From: Phoronis australis
Taxonomy: Eukaryota; Animalia; Phoronida
Reading direction: 5' to 3'
Assembly: GCA_002633005.1 (NCBI GenBank)
Contig: NMRA01000369.1
Coordinates: 82,614 to 146,613 of the forward strand
DNA: 64,000 bases
In this document: positions 36,738-50,453 of the stretch, in pieces
How positions within the stretch are numbered: the first letter of the stretch is position 1
Layout: the number at the start of each line of letters is the position of its first letter
Program-made: the position numbers and the translations under genes
The notes under the pieces: generated by a model
Told to the model about the DNA's origin: nothing
Seen by the model: the letters and a program-made list of their open reading frames with translations, nothing else
Databases searched by the model: none

Positions 36738-37586
36738 CTGAAACACATTATCTAAGATAGAAATGTCGAAATAGTTGATGAACATTACAGAGACAAAATA
36801 GCAATGTGTCATGCAAACAATTTTCGTTTTTCACATTGAAGCTACTTTAAGGGGTTTGAAAAGCATAGTTGATCATTGATTGTTAAAAGGATACCAAAAA
36901 CAGTTTTGGCCTATTAACAGATATTAGGACAACTTTCCTATCCAGTTCTGTGAAACAAAATGTTCTGTTATCCCACGACAACTCTCAACAGTTTTGTAGT
37001 CTGCTGAAAGGGCAACTGTGACTTGTGCTTTTACCAAAATACAAGGCAACTGTGGGCAAAGACCACCCATCAAGGACCATAATGTGCAATTTGTGAAATA
37101 GGGGTATGGTTTTTTAGTTAATTTGTGCTTTTATGTTTTACGATTGACGCCAATGACGCATTAGCAGGTGACAGAACAAACATTGGTTGAAATCATCAAA
37201 ACAGGGTTAAAATATTTGAATTTAGTGCATTTTGAATTTGAACATTCCGTTATCTTGGGTCGAACACCTTTCAAGAGAAAACAAAGTGCAAAACCAAATG
37301 CTGTTAAGATGCAAATATTTAATTTTTTATGTCAATCACACAAGCAACTAGTGAAAATTTTTTGATTAAACCACTTTTTTTTCAACTTATTCCATAATAA
37401 GCTGGGATTCCAGGTTGTCAGTTTATGTGTACAAAGCAGCAGGGATTTCAGACTAGTTACACGATCAAACACTAGGTGGAGCTTTTAGTTGATGACAAAT
37501 AGATTTAAATTAAGGAACTTTTGTGATGATCAAATTTCACCATTACACATAAAACTTGTCCTGCATCACGTAACAAGTCTACTTAC

Positions 37587-37723
37587 TTGTTGTAATAAAC
37601 ATGAAGTTTGTAATTCTCATTCAAGAACTGCCTATAAAATGTGTACATATCCTCTGTGGTCAGATTATCACCTTCGTTCAATCCGAGCTTCTTCAGTTTC
37701 GAGGCTGAGTATTTCTCTTTTTC
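37587..37723 (-). CDS. COA8: COA8/APOPT1 exon 3
   Basis: EKEKY...LTTEDMYTFYRQFLNENYKLHVYYN; acceptor CCATTAG|, donor AA|GTAAGT. Confidence 0.9.
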
Positions 37724-38260
37724 CTAATGGCAGCAAAACAGAAAATGTGAAATTGACAAACATTTACATTTCCCCAAGACAAAACCATAAACACGGCTAA
37801 AATTATCATTTCTTGTGTCCTAATCTCGCTTTCTGCTAATTCACAAAAACAACCAGTCATATCTGCATATAATTACATTTTTAAACCAAAGGAATAAAAA
37901 TATGTAGCACACGTGCAATCATTTGTCTTGCAAACCTGAAAAAGCTATAGGGTTTCCAAACATGGCTCGAAATTTTGAACATGGCTCAGAGCTCATAAAA
38001 CATGGCTCAAGATTTCCAAACATAATTAAGAACTTTTGAAGCATGGTGCAGCACCATGTTTGAATACATTATAGTGAGAATGTTGTTATATGAGTATCAT
38101 TTCAAAGCACCAACCAAGATTTATCTTGGGTTCTTATATATTGGCAAGTACCAATAAGTCAGCATTCACAGACTTACAGCCAAGAAATCACAAAATTCTC
38201 TTCTCAAACAAGTTTTCTAATAGGGAAAAATATTCCTTTACAGTAAAGAAGGAATGATAC

Positions 38261-38482
38261 CTTTTTAAAATTTTCATTGTGTTTTGCCCAAAATTCCATG
38301 TTCCACTTTTGCGCCTCTTCTCGCTTCTCCCTAAAATCTCTCTCAAGACGCGTTTCATTGGGGGGAATGTAAAACTTGATCGGACGCAAGTTGGACTTGG
38401 GGTCTGCAGGGCCGATCCAGTCACGCCTGATGTTCTGTGGAGGATCTAGATGAATTTTTGTACCAGGTTTCGGCTTGGACGT
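38261..38482 (-). CDS. COA8: COA8/APOPT1 (cytochrome c oxidase assembly factor 8) exon 2
   Basis: Hallmark DWIGPADPKSNLRPIKFYIPPNET..E......W...FWAKHN; phase 0/0 splice sites. Confidence 0.93.
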
Positions 38483-38967
38483 CTGAAAAATAATGTGACA
38501 CGTGTGACCATGAGGATTCGTGCACCATACATTCGAGTGAACCATGTTATCAAATCACATGGAATCAAACTTGAGAAAATGCTTTCAAAGTTGATAATCC
38601 TTGAAAATTCTATGCAACTCAGCACTTTTTTATTTTATTACAACGCAAGAAAAACCCAAAAGAGTAATAGAACAAATAATTAGCCCATATCGAGGTTTAT
38701 TTATAATGGCATCATTTACGAATTTATTTTTTATCACTCAATGAATGATCCTAAACAAAGATTGGGCAGCACCCAATGCAACGATACCAAAATCATTCAT
38801 TTAGACCTACATTTAGTGGATTTATTTGGAATAAGTTAGGGTCCATTATATCCGACTAGTGACTAGTGTACTGTCTGAGTGAGGACGTAGCCTACAGCAC
38901 TTTGGTCAGTAGAGGTTGTTGGTTTGCTCCTCAGTTAAGTAACAATGGGTTATAGTACTCGCTTTAC

Positions 38968-39042
38968 CTGTTTACTTGTCGAGTACTGCGCGTTTCGGAG
39001 AATACTCGGTGGTCTCGCAAAGATCCCGCAAAGTTTAAACAT
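38968..39042 (-). CDS. COA8: COA8/APOPT1 exon 1 (mitochondrial presequence)
   Basis: ACCATG context, MFKLCGIFARPPSILRNAQYSTSKQ (basic, no acidic residues), donor CAG|GTAAAG; spliced product 172 aa. Confidence 0.8.
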
Positions 39043-39134
39043 GGTCAGGTGTCATAGCGCAAAAGCAAAATAAACTGCGGAAATACAAAAGCGAACCTAT
39101 TGGGAGGGTAGCCAGTTTCGTACTGGCCTGGTGA

Positions 39135-39173
39135 TGACGTCAGTCGGTCGGCTCAAATGCCTGGGTGACGTCA
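39135..39173. promoter_or_regulatory. Two CRE/ATF palindromes in the COA8 promoter
   Basis: TGACGTCA at 39135-39142 and 39166-39173, ~95-130 bp upstream of the ATG. Confidence 0.6.
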
Positions 39174-39902
39174 CTTCGTCTGCTTTCACTCCTCCCGGCT
39201 TCTGTCGCGTATATAATTCATCGAGCCTGTCTCGCCGCCGAAATTAATGATGCCTCATTAAAAAAATTTTACTCTTCCTTGAGTAAACTAAATTATTTAC
39301 CCGGGTGTTGGAAAATTGGGGTTCTTCAGTTATTCATCTGCTAAAACTGCGATGCGCTCTTTGGGCGCCATTGCGTCACCTATCGGGCCAATGAATTTCC
39401 ACGTTCTTCCATCAACTGTGTAAGGTAGCGTAAAAATCGGAAGTGGTTTCATTTCGTTACAGGTTTTTACTATTTCAATACCAAAAAACAATTTCAGAAA
39501 ATACCCTCGAGAGATATCGTAAAGTTTTGGGAAATGGCGCGTACGGGCGTGTGTCATGAGATTGCACTGTTTTCAAAACGACGGCAGGATTTTCCTTTGT
39601 TACAAAAGGCGGAGAATTACGAAAAATAACGTTTATTAGATTTCGTTTACTTTTGTGGCTGTAACGGGCACTGTGAATGTCGATTCATTAGCAGACTCTG
39701 CATGCCTCCCTGCAGGTTGTTACTGAGCTCTAAGTTTCACGACGAGGTGACGACGCGGGACTGCTGAGCACATGGGTTGTGTGAAATTTCGGTGTCTAAC
39801 GGAGCTACCTAGCTGTATGTTGACGACAGTTTTCATACAGCTAGCTGCATTTCTACCTCGGTAGTTTATGTACATTTATGATGTAACTTTTGTAAATACT
39901 TT

Positions 39903-40058
39903 CAGAGGCGGATCCAGGATTTTGAGTTGGGGGGACGGCACTATAATAGTAGCCAGAATTTTGCCCTTCAGACATTCGCACTCCCGAACTGCCAAATGGA
40001 AGCTGGGAGTATTTTATGGGGGGCATGACCCCCTTGGCCCCCCTCTAAATCCGCCACT
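39903..40058. mobile_element. MITE, same family as 9423-9640 (opposite orientation)
   Basis: CAGAGGCGGATCCAGGATTTTGAGTT ... CTAAATCCGCCACTG. Confidence 0.65.
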
Positions 40059-43000
40059 GACATCTATATACTTTGTGTAATATACAATATTTTAAATGCA
40101 TTCTTAGTTTTCATTTTAAACTGAAGAATATCTGATTACCGTACTTTGTGTTACGGTAGGGTCAAATGTCTGGAAAGACATTTGTACTGCCTAGGGGAAG
40201 AATCCCACAGCCGCACACTAAAAGCTGACAGGTGACAGAAATTCTGCTTGAAGCTTTGAACACGGTCTCTTCAAGAAGTATTCCTGTCTCTCAATGCGAT
40301 GAACACTCTTAGGTGTAGCTATTTCCCCTGGGCGTTTCCCACTAGCTGCTACCCGTGCTTTCGCACGGCTAGTTTTATATAATAGATGAGGACGCTCAAG
40401 AGCAGGGTTTTGTGAACACCACTCTATTAATATCCATGTTCTGGAGAATGGGAGAACAATTTAAGTTTTTATTCAGCGTTGAGAATTTTTTCGCGAGTAA
40501 ACTGATGCCATATGTCAAATTGCTTTAAAGTGGCGGACGGCAGCAATTAATGCTCGCCTCATTGGGGATTTCCTGGAGAAAAATCGCCTGCACTATCATA
40601 AAAAAGCCCATGGGCTCTTTTTCGTAAATGAAGGAAGAAAAATTGCACATGAACGCATTTTGGGAATAAAAGGCAACTAGTGTTGGTTTGAACGCATCAC
40701 TCCTAAATGGTCGTTGTTTTCCCCAGTTATGCTGTTCGTTAAACGCCCAGAGCAAATCCCGACTTGATCTGATCCCTTACCATTATAGAATTGGCGTCAA
40801 ATTAGCCAAAAAATGGAGGTAATACGGGGCTTTGATTAAATTCGGAACGTGGGTTCAGGCGCTCTTGTGCATAAAGTTGGCCATTTTAACTTAGTCAGTT
40901 AAAAAATTTGCTGCCAAAACAGACATTTTTTTTCAAATCCTGCTGGTAAACGTATTACAATCCCCTGGAATATGTTTACTGTATTGCCGCGCCTTTAGGC
41001 CAATGGGCCTATGTCCAAATTAATGCCTTTTTCGAGGTCTTTTTACACACGAGGGTCACACATTGGCGCAATATGTTACGACTACGTTTCGCATATAAGC
41101 CTTGGTAGTGCATAGGCCCATACATTACTGATAGGCGCACCCGTCTTGACTAGGCCTGCCGCTGTGCATCTCAATGGCAATTTTCACTTCTGCCTCTGTA
41201 TATTTTCTTTGGCGTAATTTCAAGAAATTTGGTAGATTGTTTTGTATTACCGTTTGCCGCGCATTTGTTCCCGTCGCCGGACTTGCATCCCATTTTTAAT
41301 TGGGATATATCAACCCATTAAAATGCCTTTTTGTGACCTTTTTACCCAAGTGTAAGCGCAGTTTCGTTCAGACGCCCATGCGCCTAATGGCGCGGCGATA
41401 TTGTATGAAAGTGTTGGCGTGTCATTTGAAAGACATAAGATTGGGTGAACAGGACAGCAAATCAAGTTTCCAAAAAGCGCCCATTCCCGAAAAACTTTTG
41501 AGTGGGAACAAAACATGACTTCAAAAAATCGATGGTTCTGAAAAAGCGCCCAAGCCATTTTATCCAAAATCCCCGTTGTAGTGTGGAAATCATGAAAATC
41601 GATTAGCGCTAACATAAGTACAGCATTACCAAGACTATAAGTTCTGGATTATTTCAATGTCGACAGAATTTCAATATACTTAGTTATAAAACGCTCCGCT
41701 TCCAGTGCATAAACCTTACTATACCATTTGCATGGCAGCGTTCGGGACACCCGATTGCGTTACCGCTAGTAGACGCCAGAGGGAATCTTTCTAAAACTCA
41801 AGATCACGCCAGACTACGCGAGATACCGCCATGCATTGCAAGCGAAGCACCTGACCACTACCACAGTGGAGTAACGCAAGGACCTGCGCTAGGACATCGT
41901 TAAAAAAGCAAGACTTTGCAAGATCACATGAGATATCGCTTTGTTTTTTAAATGAGAACATTGTCATTTTAGCTAGATGTTTCTAGCCGCGAGACAACTA
42001 GTGAACTCTACTCAGATTTACTTTGTCGAGAGACGTTTTACGTCTACGGACCACTCGACGAAAAAGAAATCCATTCACTTCAGCATAAACTAGAGTGTGG
42101 ATATACTTTGGTCTTACGCTTCCGTTTCAAGATGCCGAACATGTACCCAAGTAATTATGAGCAAAACCTCACTGTCTAACATTAATTGATGGAAATTATC
42201 TCGTTAATTAGGTATTGCACGTATATTATCAAAGACTTTGTACTTTTGGGCACGTTAAATTTAATTTTTTACTCAGAAATACTTGTGTTGAGCGTAAGAC
42301 CAAATTCCAGTCTTAATGAAACAGACTCAGACTGGCACCCCTGTGAGATATACTTGCGTTCCGAATGTCCATACATGAGGGGGTGTTTGCCATATTCTTT
42401 TCCAGATGAATGACACATTGCCTGGACATTACCCGCGAAAACATCATTCGGTGGGGACAGGGGAGTCACTGTGCTGTCTCCCTCATTCATCAAATGCTTT
42501 CACTGGCATGGCTGATGTTCTCGTCAATATTATGGTCGTGTCCGCACGGGGACAGGATTCCCTTTCTTCCTCAACCCATCTATGGCTTCTTTTGGTTATG
42601 GAACATTTTTTATTCCCCGTTTATTTTTTTCAGTAAGAGGTCCACATTGCGAAAAATTCGAGCCCGCTTATGTTTTAGGCTGGGTGCGCGCTTGCCATGG
42701 GAACCCAGGTGCAAGATATCTCGAGAAACAACTTTCATCTATTGGTTCACTTTGCTAACTGTTAATCCACAAGCATGTGGGCCCTTGAGTAAATGAACTT
42801 GTCTAAAATTTTAATACATACAAGCACATTTATGTTATAAATTAATGGACGTATTGACTTTATTTCGCCGTTCGTTTGCTAGCGAACTTGAAAGACGCGT
42901 GTACCACAACTGAAAGGAAGAACCATCCGGGTCATTGACCAAATGCCCGGGGTCACTCAGACTGTTCCTTTATCATGATGCATGATTAATAGACTAAATT

Positions 43001-43299
43001 AATTAAAGGCATGATACTACATGACATGTCTAGAAGTGTTTTATTTCAGAATTAAGCTTGTCTAATCACTTTTGAAACACACCAAGTACAAATGTTTACA
43101 AATCAGTGTATATTGTAGCTTAATTGAACTAGCTGCCATATTTTTAAAGATCGGAATATCCCTCAGCAACTCAGAGATGCTATTATCACTCTATGTAACT
43201 ATGGAATTATGTAATTATGAAATTTCACCATCTTTTACAATAACGTCGTAATAAAATTTCAACAATCAACGGTGTTAAAACAAGGCAATGTTGCGTTTA

Positions 43300-43579
43300 T
43301 TAAACCTTGATCTCAAGGATTTTTTCTTTAGTGTCAATCGTTTTGGCACCAGTCAAAAATTTGGTGTCTTTTGCGGCCTCATACTGTTTCTTCTTAACTT
43401 CAACGTGGCTTTCGTCCTCTTTATCAACGCCGTCGCTGGCGCTGTCCTTGCTCATTGAGTCTTCAAGATCGTAGGCATCATTGCTTTCTCCGGAGCCCTC
43501 GACCACGGTTGAGTTCCAGCCACAATCCTCCCTGATCTCTAGACTCGTATTATGGCACCAGGCCTGCCGAAACTCACAC
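43300..43579 (-). CDS. Secreted three-Kazal-domain protein, exon 5 (end of domain 3 and acidic tail)
   Basis: Acceptor TTCTGTGTAG| phase 2; CEFRQAWCHNTSLEIREDC..EGSGESND..; AATAAA on minus strand at 43040-43045. Confidence 0.88.
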
Positions 43580-44399
43580 CTACACAGAACGAATGATATA
43601 AAAACCATCATGTAGCTGCTGGTTTAGTTTGACTTTGTATTTACAATGCAACTAACTGCGGTCGTTTTGCTGATGGATGCGAAAACGTAAGCAGTTGCGT
43701 TCCTAGAACCTGGTAGGATCTCGGCATAGACCAAGCTATTGTGCTCCGTCACCAAGTGGAAGATGTAGTTTATCAAAAAGAAAGTCACACGACTTAAAGC
43801 GGTGACAAGCTCACCTTCTACCTCAAAAACAACTTTTCAGACCTCATATCAACACGAAATTTGTGTCAAATCGCTTCGTTATCAAATTAGAAATGATATC
43901 ACTGTCACGAAAGAACTGACAGTTCGTTATTGCTTTTGATCAGACTCTATCAGCTGGTTAGTCACGGCGTGTGTTATTTATTCCCTGAACAGGCTCCCTA
44001 CAAATAGCGAAGTGTAAGTTCTTTGCAAACCCGCATCTTAACACAACTTGAGACCAATTTACATCTGTAAATGGTCGAAAATTTAAGGTTCGTACGCGGC
44101 TTTGTACCCGCTTTAAAATATCACCTTTAATTAGTGGAGGTTGCAAATGAGAAATTTCAATTTCCGACGTTCAGTCCGTTCGGTAAATTATTTTTGATTA
44201 TCGAATAATCGGAAACTGGTTTCATAAAAGCATAATGGTGAAATTCATAAATTGACATTTGACAATAAACAGCCGGAGCAGAGACAGAGTGACATACGAC
44301 TGTCAGCCTTAGAAAAGCAATACCAGCTGAAGCTAAAATAAACACTGACGACTTTACCGACAGTTATTATACTGAAGTTCATCTATTGTGTATACTGAC

Positions 44400-44603
44400 T
44401 TGTTCCTGTAACCATTTCCATGTTGGTCACAGACATCGATCCTGCCAAACTTGTCCAAGGTACAATTGTTCTGTTTGTAAAATTCACAGAAGAGAACAGT
44501 GGGTAAAGGTGCTGGAGCAATTGGTTTGATGGGTATTTTTTTCTCTGGACAGTCAACCAACTTCAACGTCTTGAAATCACACCAGGCTTTATTATACTCG
44601 CAG
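44400..44603 (-). CDS. Kazal-domain protein exon 4
   Basis: Acceptor TTTTTTCCAG|, donor AA|GTCAGT, phase 2/2; CEYNKAWC...FCEFYKQNNCTLDKFGRIDVCDQHGNGYRN. Confidence 0.88.
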
Positions 44604-44997
44604 CTGGAAAAAAGTTCTACATGAGCAAATTTGCAATAAGTACTGTACATGTTTGTAGTGGTAACAGTAGGGTTAAACGGTTTTAAATCTTGTCTTAAAG
44701 CATTAACCAAGTATAATCTCTAACCAACCATTGTACATTTTTGGAACAAAATAATGTAATGTAACTCCTGCGAGTAATCAAAGATTGGAGCAAGTGGCTC
44801 CAAACGAAATTTCCAAGGTCACGATCACTAACACCAATGGAAAATAAATCTACGGTTGAGGAACCCCACCTCGAACCATAAAATCCACTTCGTTACAAAA
44901 TCAGATTTTAGCTGACTTCATCTCGAAAAATAAAGCTACTGACTATAGAATAGCAGGTGACAAAACCAGTAATGGGTGAAATCACTGAAACAGAGAA

Positions 44998-45268
44998 CTG
45001 GGGCCTGTTCCAAGAACACTGACTTTTATAGCTAAACCAAAATTTGAAATTTTAACCAATTTTAAGACAAACATTAAATTTGTCTCAATTCCGTTTCAAG
45101 AAAAAAAATCTTACGTAAGGCTTATGTTTTTGACTTAAGTTTTATCTTAATTTTGACTAACTTGCCGGATGTGGAAGTTTCAAAGTTTGGTAGTTGAGAC
45201 AAATCTTTGGCTTAAGTCAAAATGAACTTAAGAAATGAACTTAAGTCAGTTTCTTGGAACGGACCATG
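44998..45268. mobile_element. Palindromic MITE in a Kazal-gene intron
   Basis: CTGGGGCCTGTTCCAAGAACACTGACTT vs AAGTCAGTTTCTTGGAACGGACCATG. Confidence 0.65.
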
Positions 45269-46203
45269 GCCTTTTACAGGCCATGTGAGAACCAAGTTAC
45301 TGTATGTCATCATATTCAGTCAGTATAATTGTAGCTGATCGGTCTGGTATGAATTACTCTAAAAGTCTGTGCTAACATATTTTGTTAAAAATGTGTAAAA
45401 TTCATCATCGTTCCGTTAGAGTACTGACGTCATCGCGTCCTGAGCACCTGTGCGAGGACCAAAAGACTCCGTACATTTTCTCGTTAAACACGTGCGCGTC
45501 ACTCTGACGAGTGTCTACGACCTGTCCGTGATTTCAAGGCCACGTCAATGGAATAGCAGACAAAGCAGTATTTTAAATAGTTACGGTCGTGTTTGAAGTC
45601 CCGATGAGTGTTCAACCAAGGTTGGGGTGCCATATGATGGTTTTCAGAGAAATATTAGACATTTTCCAACCCTTAGTCGTCAACCGCATGCTCGCCCAAC
45701 CGGTTTTATATTTTTAGAGGATGTAAATTTTGATTTAAATTTTCTAACCCAATGGTACCTCGAAATAATTCTAGCGATAATGGGACTACAGCCGGGCACA
45801 CTGTACTGTTTCGCGTTCAAAGAAGACCCTGCCACACTTCACAAACAACAACACGAGCGACTGGTTGTACCCTCAAAGAAAATTCCATCCACTAATCCCA
45901 AACCCTTTCTTTCTAGACGTATCAGAACAAACTGCTTCTGCTACTACGGGAAAGTTGAGCCGTGGAGATTTTAATTCCACTCTGCAATCATGAATTTAGT
46001 ATGAAAGCCTACTGAAGTGACGTCGACAAACGCGTTTTCGTTTTGGCTAAAAGCGCTACCGTAATAACTGTAAAATCAAAAGCACTTTTATTTATTGACA
46101 GAAAAAACCTACGTCTACACCATTCGACATTGATCGTGAGCACAAAGGAACGGTAATTTAATTTACGCCTTCTAGAACAATTAAGTTCCGTAAACAAACT
46201 CAC

Positions 46204-46380
46204 GGGTTTTTGTACTGGTTGCCCTTCGTGTCACACTTGTTCTTCCACGTATGAAAATGGCGGGAACAATCCTCCTTCTCGTAGAATTGGCAGATGTAAG
46301 ACTTGCGAACGTCCTGCTTGGGGTCGCACTCCGTCATTACCAGCGAGTCGTTCTTGCACCAACTGGCGAGGAAGTCGCAC
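46204..46380 (-). CDS. Kazal-domain protein exon 3 (absent from the ORF track)
   Basis: Acceptor GTATCAG|, donor CC|GTGAGT, phase 2/2; CDFLASWCKNDSLVMTECDPK..ICQFYEKEDCSRHFHTWKNKCDTKGNQYKN. Confidence 0.9.
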
Positions 46381-48451
46381 CTGATACGACAGGAAGGAGA
46401 TTAAGAAGGCATCTCAATAGAATAAAATGAATACAATAGAATAATCTTTACGTAACATCAGGGCACAATGAAACAGAAAACACAAGTCAAAACTTTTCCA
46501 CCGAGACCACATAGTTGTAAAACTACAGACAATAAATAAATAAATATAAGTAATAAGTGGATAAAAAATTAAAATAACGAAAACTTTGAAATAAAACATA
46601 AATTTACAAATGGCACATTATTCAATTTACACAAAAAGGCACAAATATACGGTTGTGATTCAAGGACCACAGAATAGAAGAGAACTTGAGAAAATAATTG
46701 TACATTAGCTTCCGAGCTACTTTCTAAAGTATGATGTAATACAGATTGTTTTCAGTATTTTAGAACATCTAAGCAGATTTCAATTGGCATCGCTAACATT
46801 TCGGCAGCCAGAGTATTTTGATTAATTGATAAATATACAGTTAAATGTCTTTTACATGTGGGGTTATTTTGTGGATACACTGGTTATTTTGTGGATACAC
46901 TGACAGAAATTAAAAAGAAATGATTATACAGGGGAAATGGTGCCATTTATTCGAAAATCTCAATTCCTAAATCGGTGGCGACGCCTGAGAACTTTTTGCA
47001 GTCCTTAACAGGGATTTAATTGACACAGACGTAGTATCTTTATTTTTTCAGCCACAGGGCGCGACCCTCTGTATTTTTATTGAAATGGTAAAGGCTTTAA
47101 CGATCTGGCGGTTTGTTGGAAACAGTGAGCTACCCTGGTTTACATGGTTTGCTGCTTTTCGCAATCAGTGCCTGACAAACAAAATCGAGACAGGTCTTAT
47201 ACTCGAATAAAATCGGCCTCGGTAATATTTCTTATTATGATAACATTCTACTTCCCTTGTCAACAAGAACATTGAAACCACCGGCGACTCAGGAAGCGCT
47301 TATAGCTTATTTGGATTGGCCAAACCTAAAATTGCGGATTCGAAAATGATGCATGCATGCAGTGTCTGCGACTTGTGTTGCGCGCCTCATTAGGCAACAA
47401 TTCAGATCGCATGAGCGTCTTGTATTCTGACGTCCCCAATGTTTTTCCAAGTCTACACGAGAGAGCCTGAGAATTGAAACTTCGTACACTCACTAACACA
47501 CACACTAATTCCAAGAAAACAAATTCATATGGAAGAACCAGTAAACACGTTGTAACAAAAAATGGCTTTTAGTGAGATTAGCCCCAGCAAAGATCCGAAC
47601 CTGGAATCGTCGCAGTACTGCTGGCAGGATTAGATCCCGTTAGAGGAATGGCAGAATATTTTAAGCTTCTTCAACTGGTTAAGTTACCGCCTTGAATTCA
47701 GCGAATTTCTGACAATTGAGAGAATTAACAGTTTGTAGTTAAATAAAAAACCGAAGCCAATTGTGTTGTATTATAATTCTGGTTAAAGACAAAAACTAAA
47801 TAGTGTGTTCTACCAACGGCAATATCCAACATGCGTTTTTTAGCCGTAACAACGATAATGTCCGTTTAACCCTGTAATAATTTTCTCTGTGAAACCTACT
47901 TCAGTCTCCTGGTTTTGTAATTTAAAGTTTCCTCTACACGTGAAGGTCCTAACCAACTTATAATTATTTTACAAGAATGAAAAAACGCGCGGTAACTTAT
48001 ATAAGTTTTCCGTAGCTTAGGGTTTGGTTTAACGAGGTGACCCATTCTACGGAATTTCAGACAGAAACAGTCGCGTTGAAACTAGGATTGCTGTATGGTA
48101 TGTATTTTTGTGAGGGCCATCTGAAAGATAAGCTTTTTTGTCTAAGATGACTGTGGTATCCCTTACTTTTATACTCACTAACTTTTGCTTATATCGATGG
48201 CGCCCTAAGCACTCAACTTGCCTCTAAATAAGTATTTGGAACAGACACGCGTCTGCATGGGTAAAAACCTAGCAGATCACGATTTGGTACCAGTGTTGCA
48301 AATCAAACCATTACGTTTGGTTGTATGGAATGCCCAACGAAGCAGTGTGTGTCAGTACAATGTAATTTTCACTGCAAAATGGGTAAATTTGTGTAAGCTG
48401 TTCGCAATCCTTTCCGACTATTCATTGTTTTCGACAACAGTCCTAACCTCG

Positions 48452-48884
48452 CTGGGCCCGGGATCTAATCTTTTTATTCGAAATCGAACTCGACATTTGG
48501 CATTTTCTGTTCTACTTTTGTGTGAACTCAAGATATATGTTATTGTCTTTTATTCTATGTTCGAGTACACAGTGGCTTTCGTGAATAACGGTCTAACACC
48601 TTCTTTGCACTTGATGAACTCCGCATTGTGTCTGGAGTCAAAATTTCGAATTTTAACACAAAATCTCGATTTTTCTAGAAATTTCGAGTTTCCACTGGAG
48701 TTTGTAGCTCAAATTTGGGGTCATCAAATATGAACTTGGACTAAAAACGCCTATATATAAACCCCTATGTACTCGAGCACAAAATAAGAGACATTTATCT
48801 TGAGTTCGTACAAAAGTAGAATAGAAAATACCAAAATTAACTTAGAGTTTGATTGCGAATGCAAAGATTAGTGCACGGGCCCTG
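48452..48884. mobile_element. Palindromic GGGCCC-terminated MITE
   Basis: CTGGGCCCGGGATCTAATCTTT...AAAGATTAGTGCACGGGCCCTG; related copy at 59839-60245. Confidence 0.75.
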
Positions 48885-49677
48885 GTGTCTCTAATATTTT
48901 AATTCAAAAGCCAATCTCAAATTACGTGAGCATGCAGTCACAAACTCTGGTCGCCACCACTTTTCTGTCCCCTCCCCAAATTTCATAAATTTTACCTCCA
49001 ATTTTCCGCCTTTGCCTTTTCATTACAAATGTCGCACATCTTCTTTCTCCCTTTTGCCACCAATCCGCCCCCCCCCNATCTGTTTTCCGAATAACAGTAT
49101 TTTTAGAAAGGCACACCTACGTGTATTAACCTTGGAATGTAACCAACTTTTCTAAAATAGTTCAGTCACCAATAATGGTTGCATCGTGTTACATGTCATC
49201 AGAGGGTAAAACACGACCGACGACATGTCTGTGGGCTTACACGTGTATCAACTAAGGTGCGTGTCCAGAAATTTCGAAATTCTCTGATAAATAATTAATC
49301 TTAAAAGTAAAAGTTTTGTTGCTATTATTTGCATGCGAGTATGTCAGTGCGTTTCATGTGGACATAGATGTTTTCATGATTATTCCGTTACGAAATGGCC
49401 CAACTGATTTCAGGTCTCTGAAAGATCTGACAGTTTGTTATATATCGCTAGTATACGTCAAGTATAGTCTCAATAAACAACGAATTGACACTTCACATCT
49501 CAGTAAGGAAAATATTAGACCAATTTTGTAGCGGTACGTGGCCTAAAACAAACGTTCAAATCTTGAACACCAGGATCCAGTGTATATTGGGTCCTAGTTG
49601 GACGAAACACAAAGCCACTTTAATATTTTTCTAATTTGCGTACGAATCACAATGGGAAACACCAGGCAAGCACTTAC

Positions 49678-49795
49678 TTGTTTCTGTAGACAGTCCCGGC
49701 AGAATCGCAAACTTCATGGCGTGGGTAGAGGTCGCAGAAGTCATCATCGAGACTCGCACAGTAACTTCGCAGTTTGACGGGCGAGCAGAAAGCCA
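49678..49795 (-). CDS. Kazal-domain protein exon 2
   Basis: Acceptor TTTTTATCAG| phase 1, donor AA|GTAAGT phase 2; AFCSPVKLRSYCASLDDDFCDLYPRHEVCDSAGTVYRN. Confidence 0.9.
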
Positions 49796-50358
49796 CTGAT
49801 AAAAAGAAAGGAAATGAACAAAAACCACTAAAATAAAATGAAAATAACTCTAACGAAATGAAATAAATCAAATGAACTATATAGAAAACTGAAACATTAA
49901 ATTAAGCTAAAGAATTGAAACAGTTAATAATGTCCAACTGAAGTTTAATTTGTATGTATAGGTTTTGAATTTTTTCGTCTATGCAAATCAGTACATACAT
50001 GTAGGTGTGTATCACTTTGAATTTTGTTATGACGCACTGTGCTCTTTCCGCAGCAAAAACATTCTAAACAGTTCAGAAATATGGCAAACAATTTGACTAA
50101 ATAAAAAATAATTTCGTGCTGAGCAATGTGTCTTATAGTTCGAAAATTTTCTGCCGAAATGTCTTTGATTTCGTTCCTTGATCTGATTCGATTAAAAATG
50201 CGAAATGTACTTATTAAGAAATGCAAGTTTTTTTAATAGAGAACTATGTCGAAAAGAAAATTGGTACCGTGACAAGCGTTACGTTTCAGTAAATAGAAAC
50301 AGTTTTTAAAGAAAAAATATAGAAAACAAGGATGCGACAACTATATGTACATGTATAC

Positions 50359-50395
50359 CTGAAATAAGGGCCGCGAACACCACAAACATCTGCAT
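50359..50395 (-). CDS. Kazal-domain protein exon 1 (signal peptide MQMFVVFAALIS)
   Basis: Phase-1 donor G|GTATAC gives MQMFVVFAALISVAFCSP; TATA box just upstream. Confidence 0.8.
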
Positions 50396-50445
50396 ATTGA
50401 TACTGCCGGGAATTTGTTACTGTGTCGTCAAACTAAACTCGGGGG

Positions 50446-50453
50446 CTTTTATA
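50446..50453 (-). promoter_or_regulatory. TATA box of the Kazal gene
   Basis: TATAAAAG on the minus strand ~50 bp upstream of the ATG. Confidence 0.6.

Larger units (their letters stand above)
40489..44674. repeat. Source copy of the segmental duplication (3' flank and last two exons of the Kazal gene)
   Basis: Colinear with 1-3542. Confidence 0.95.
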
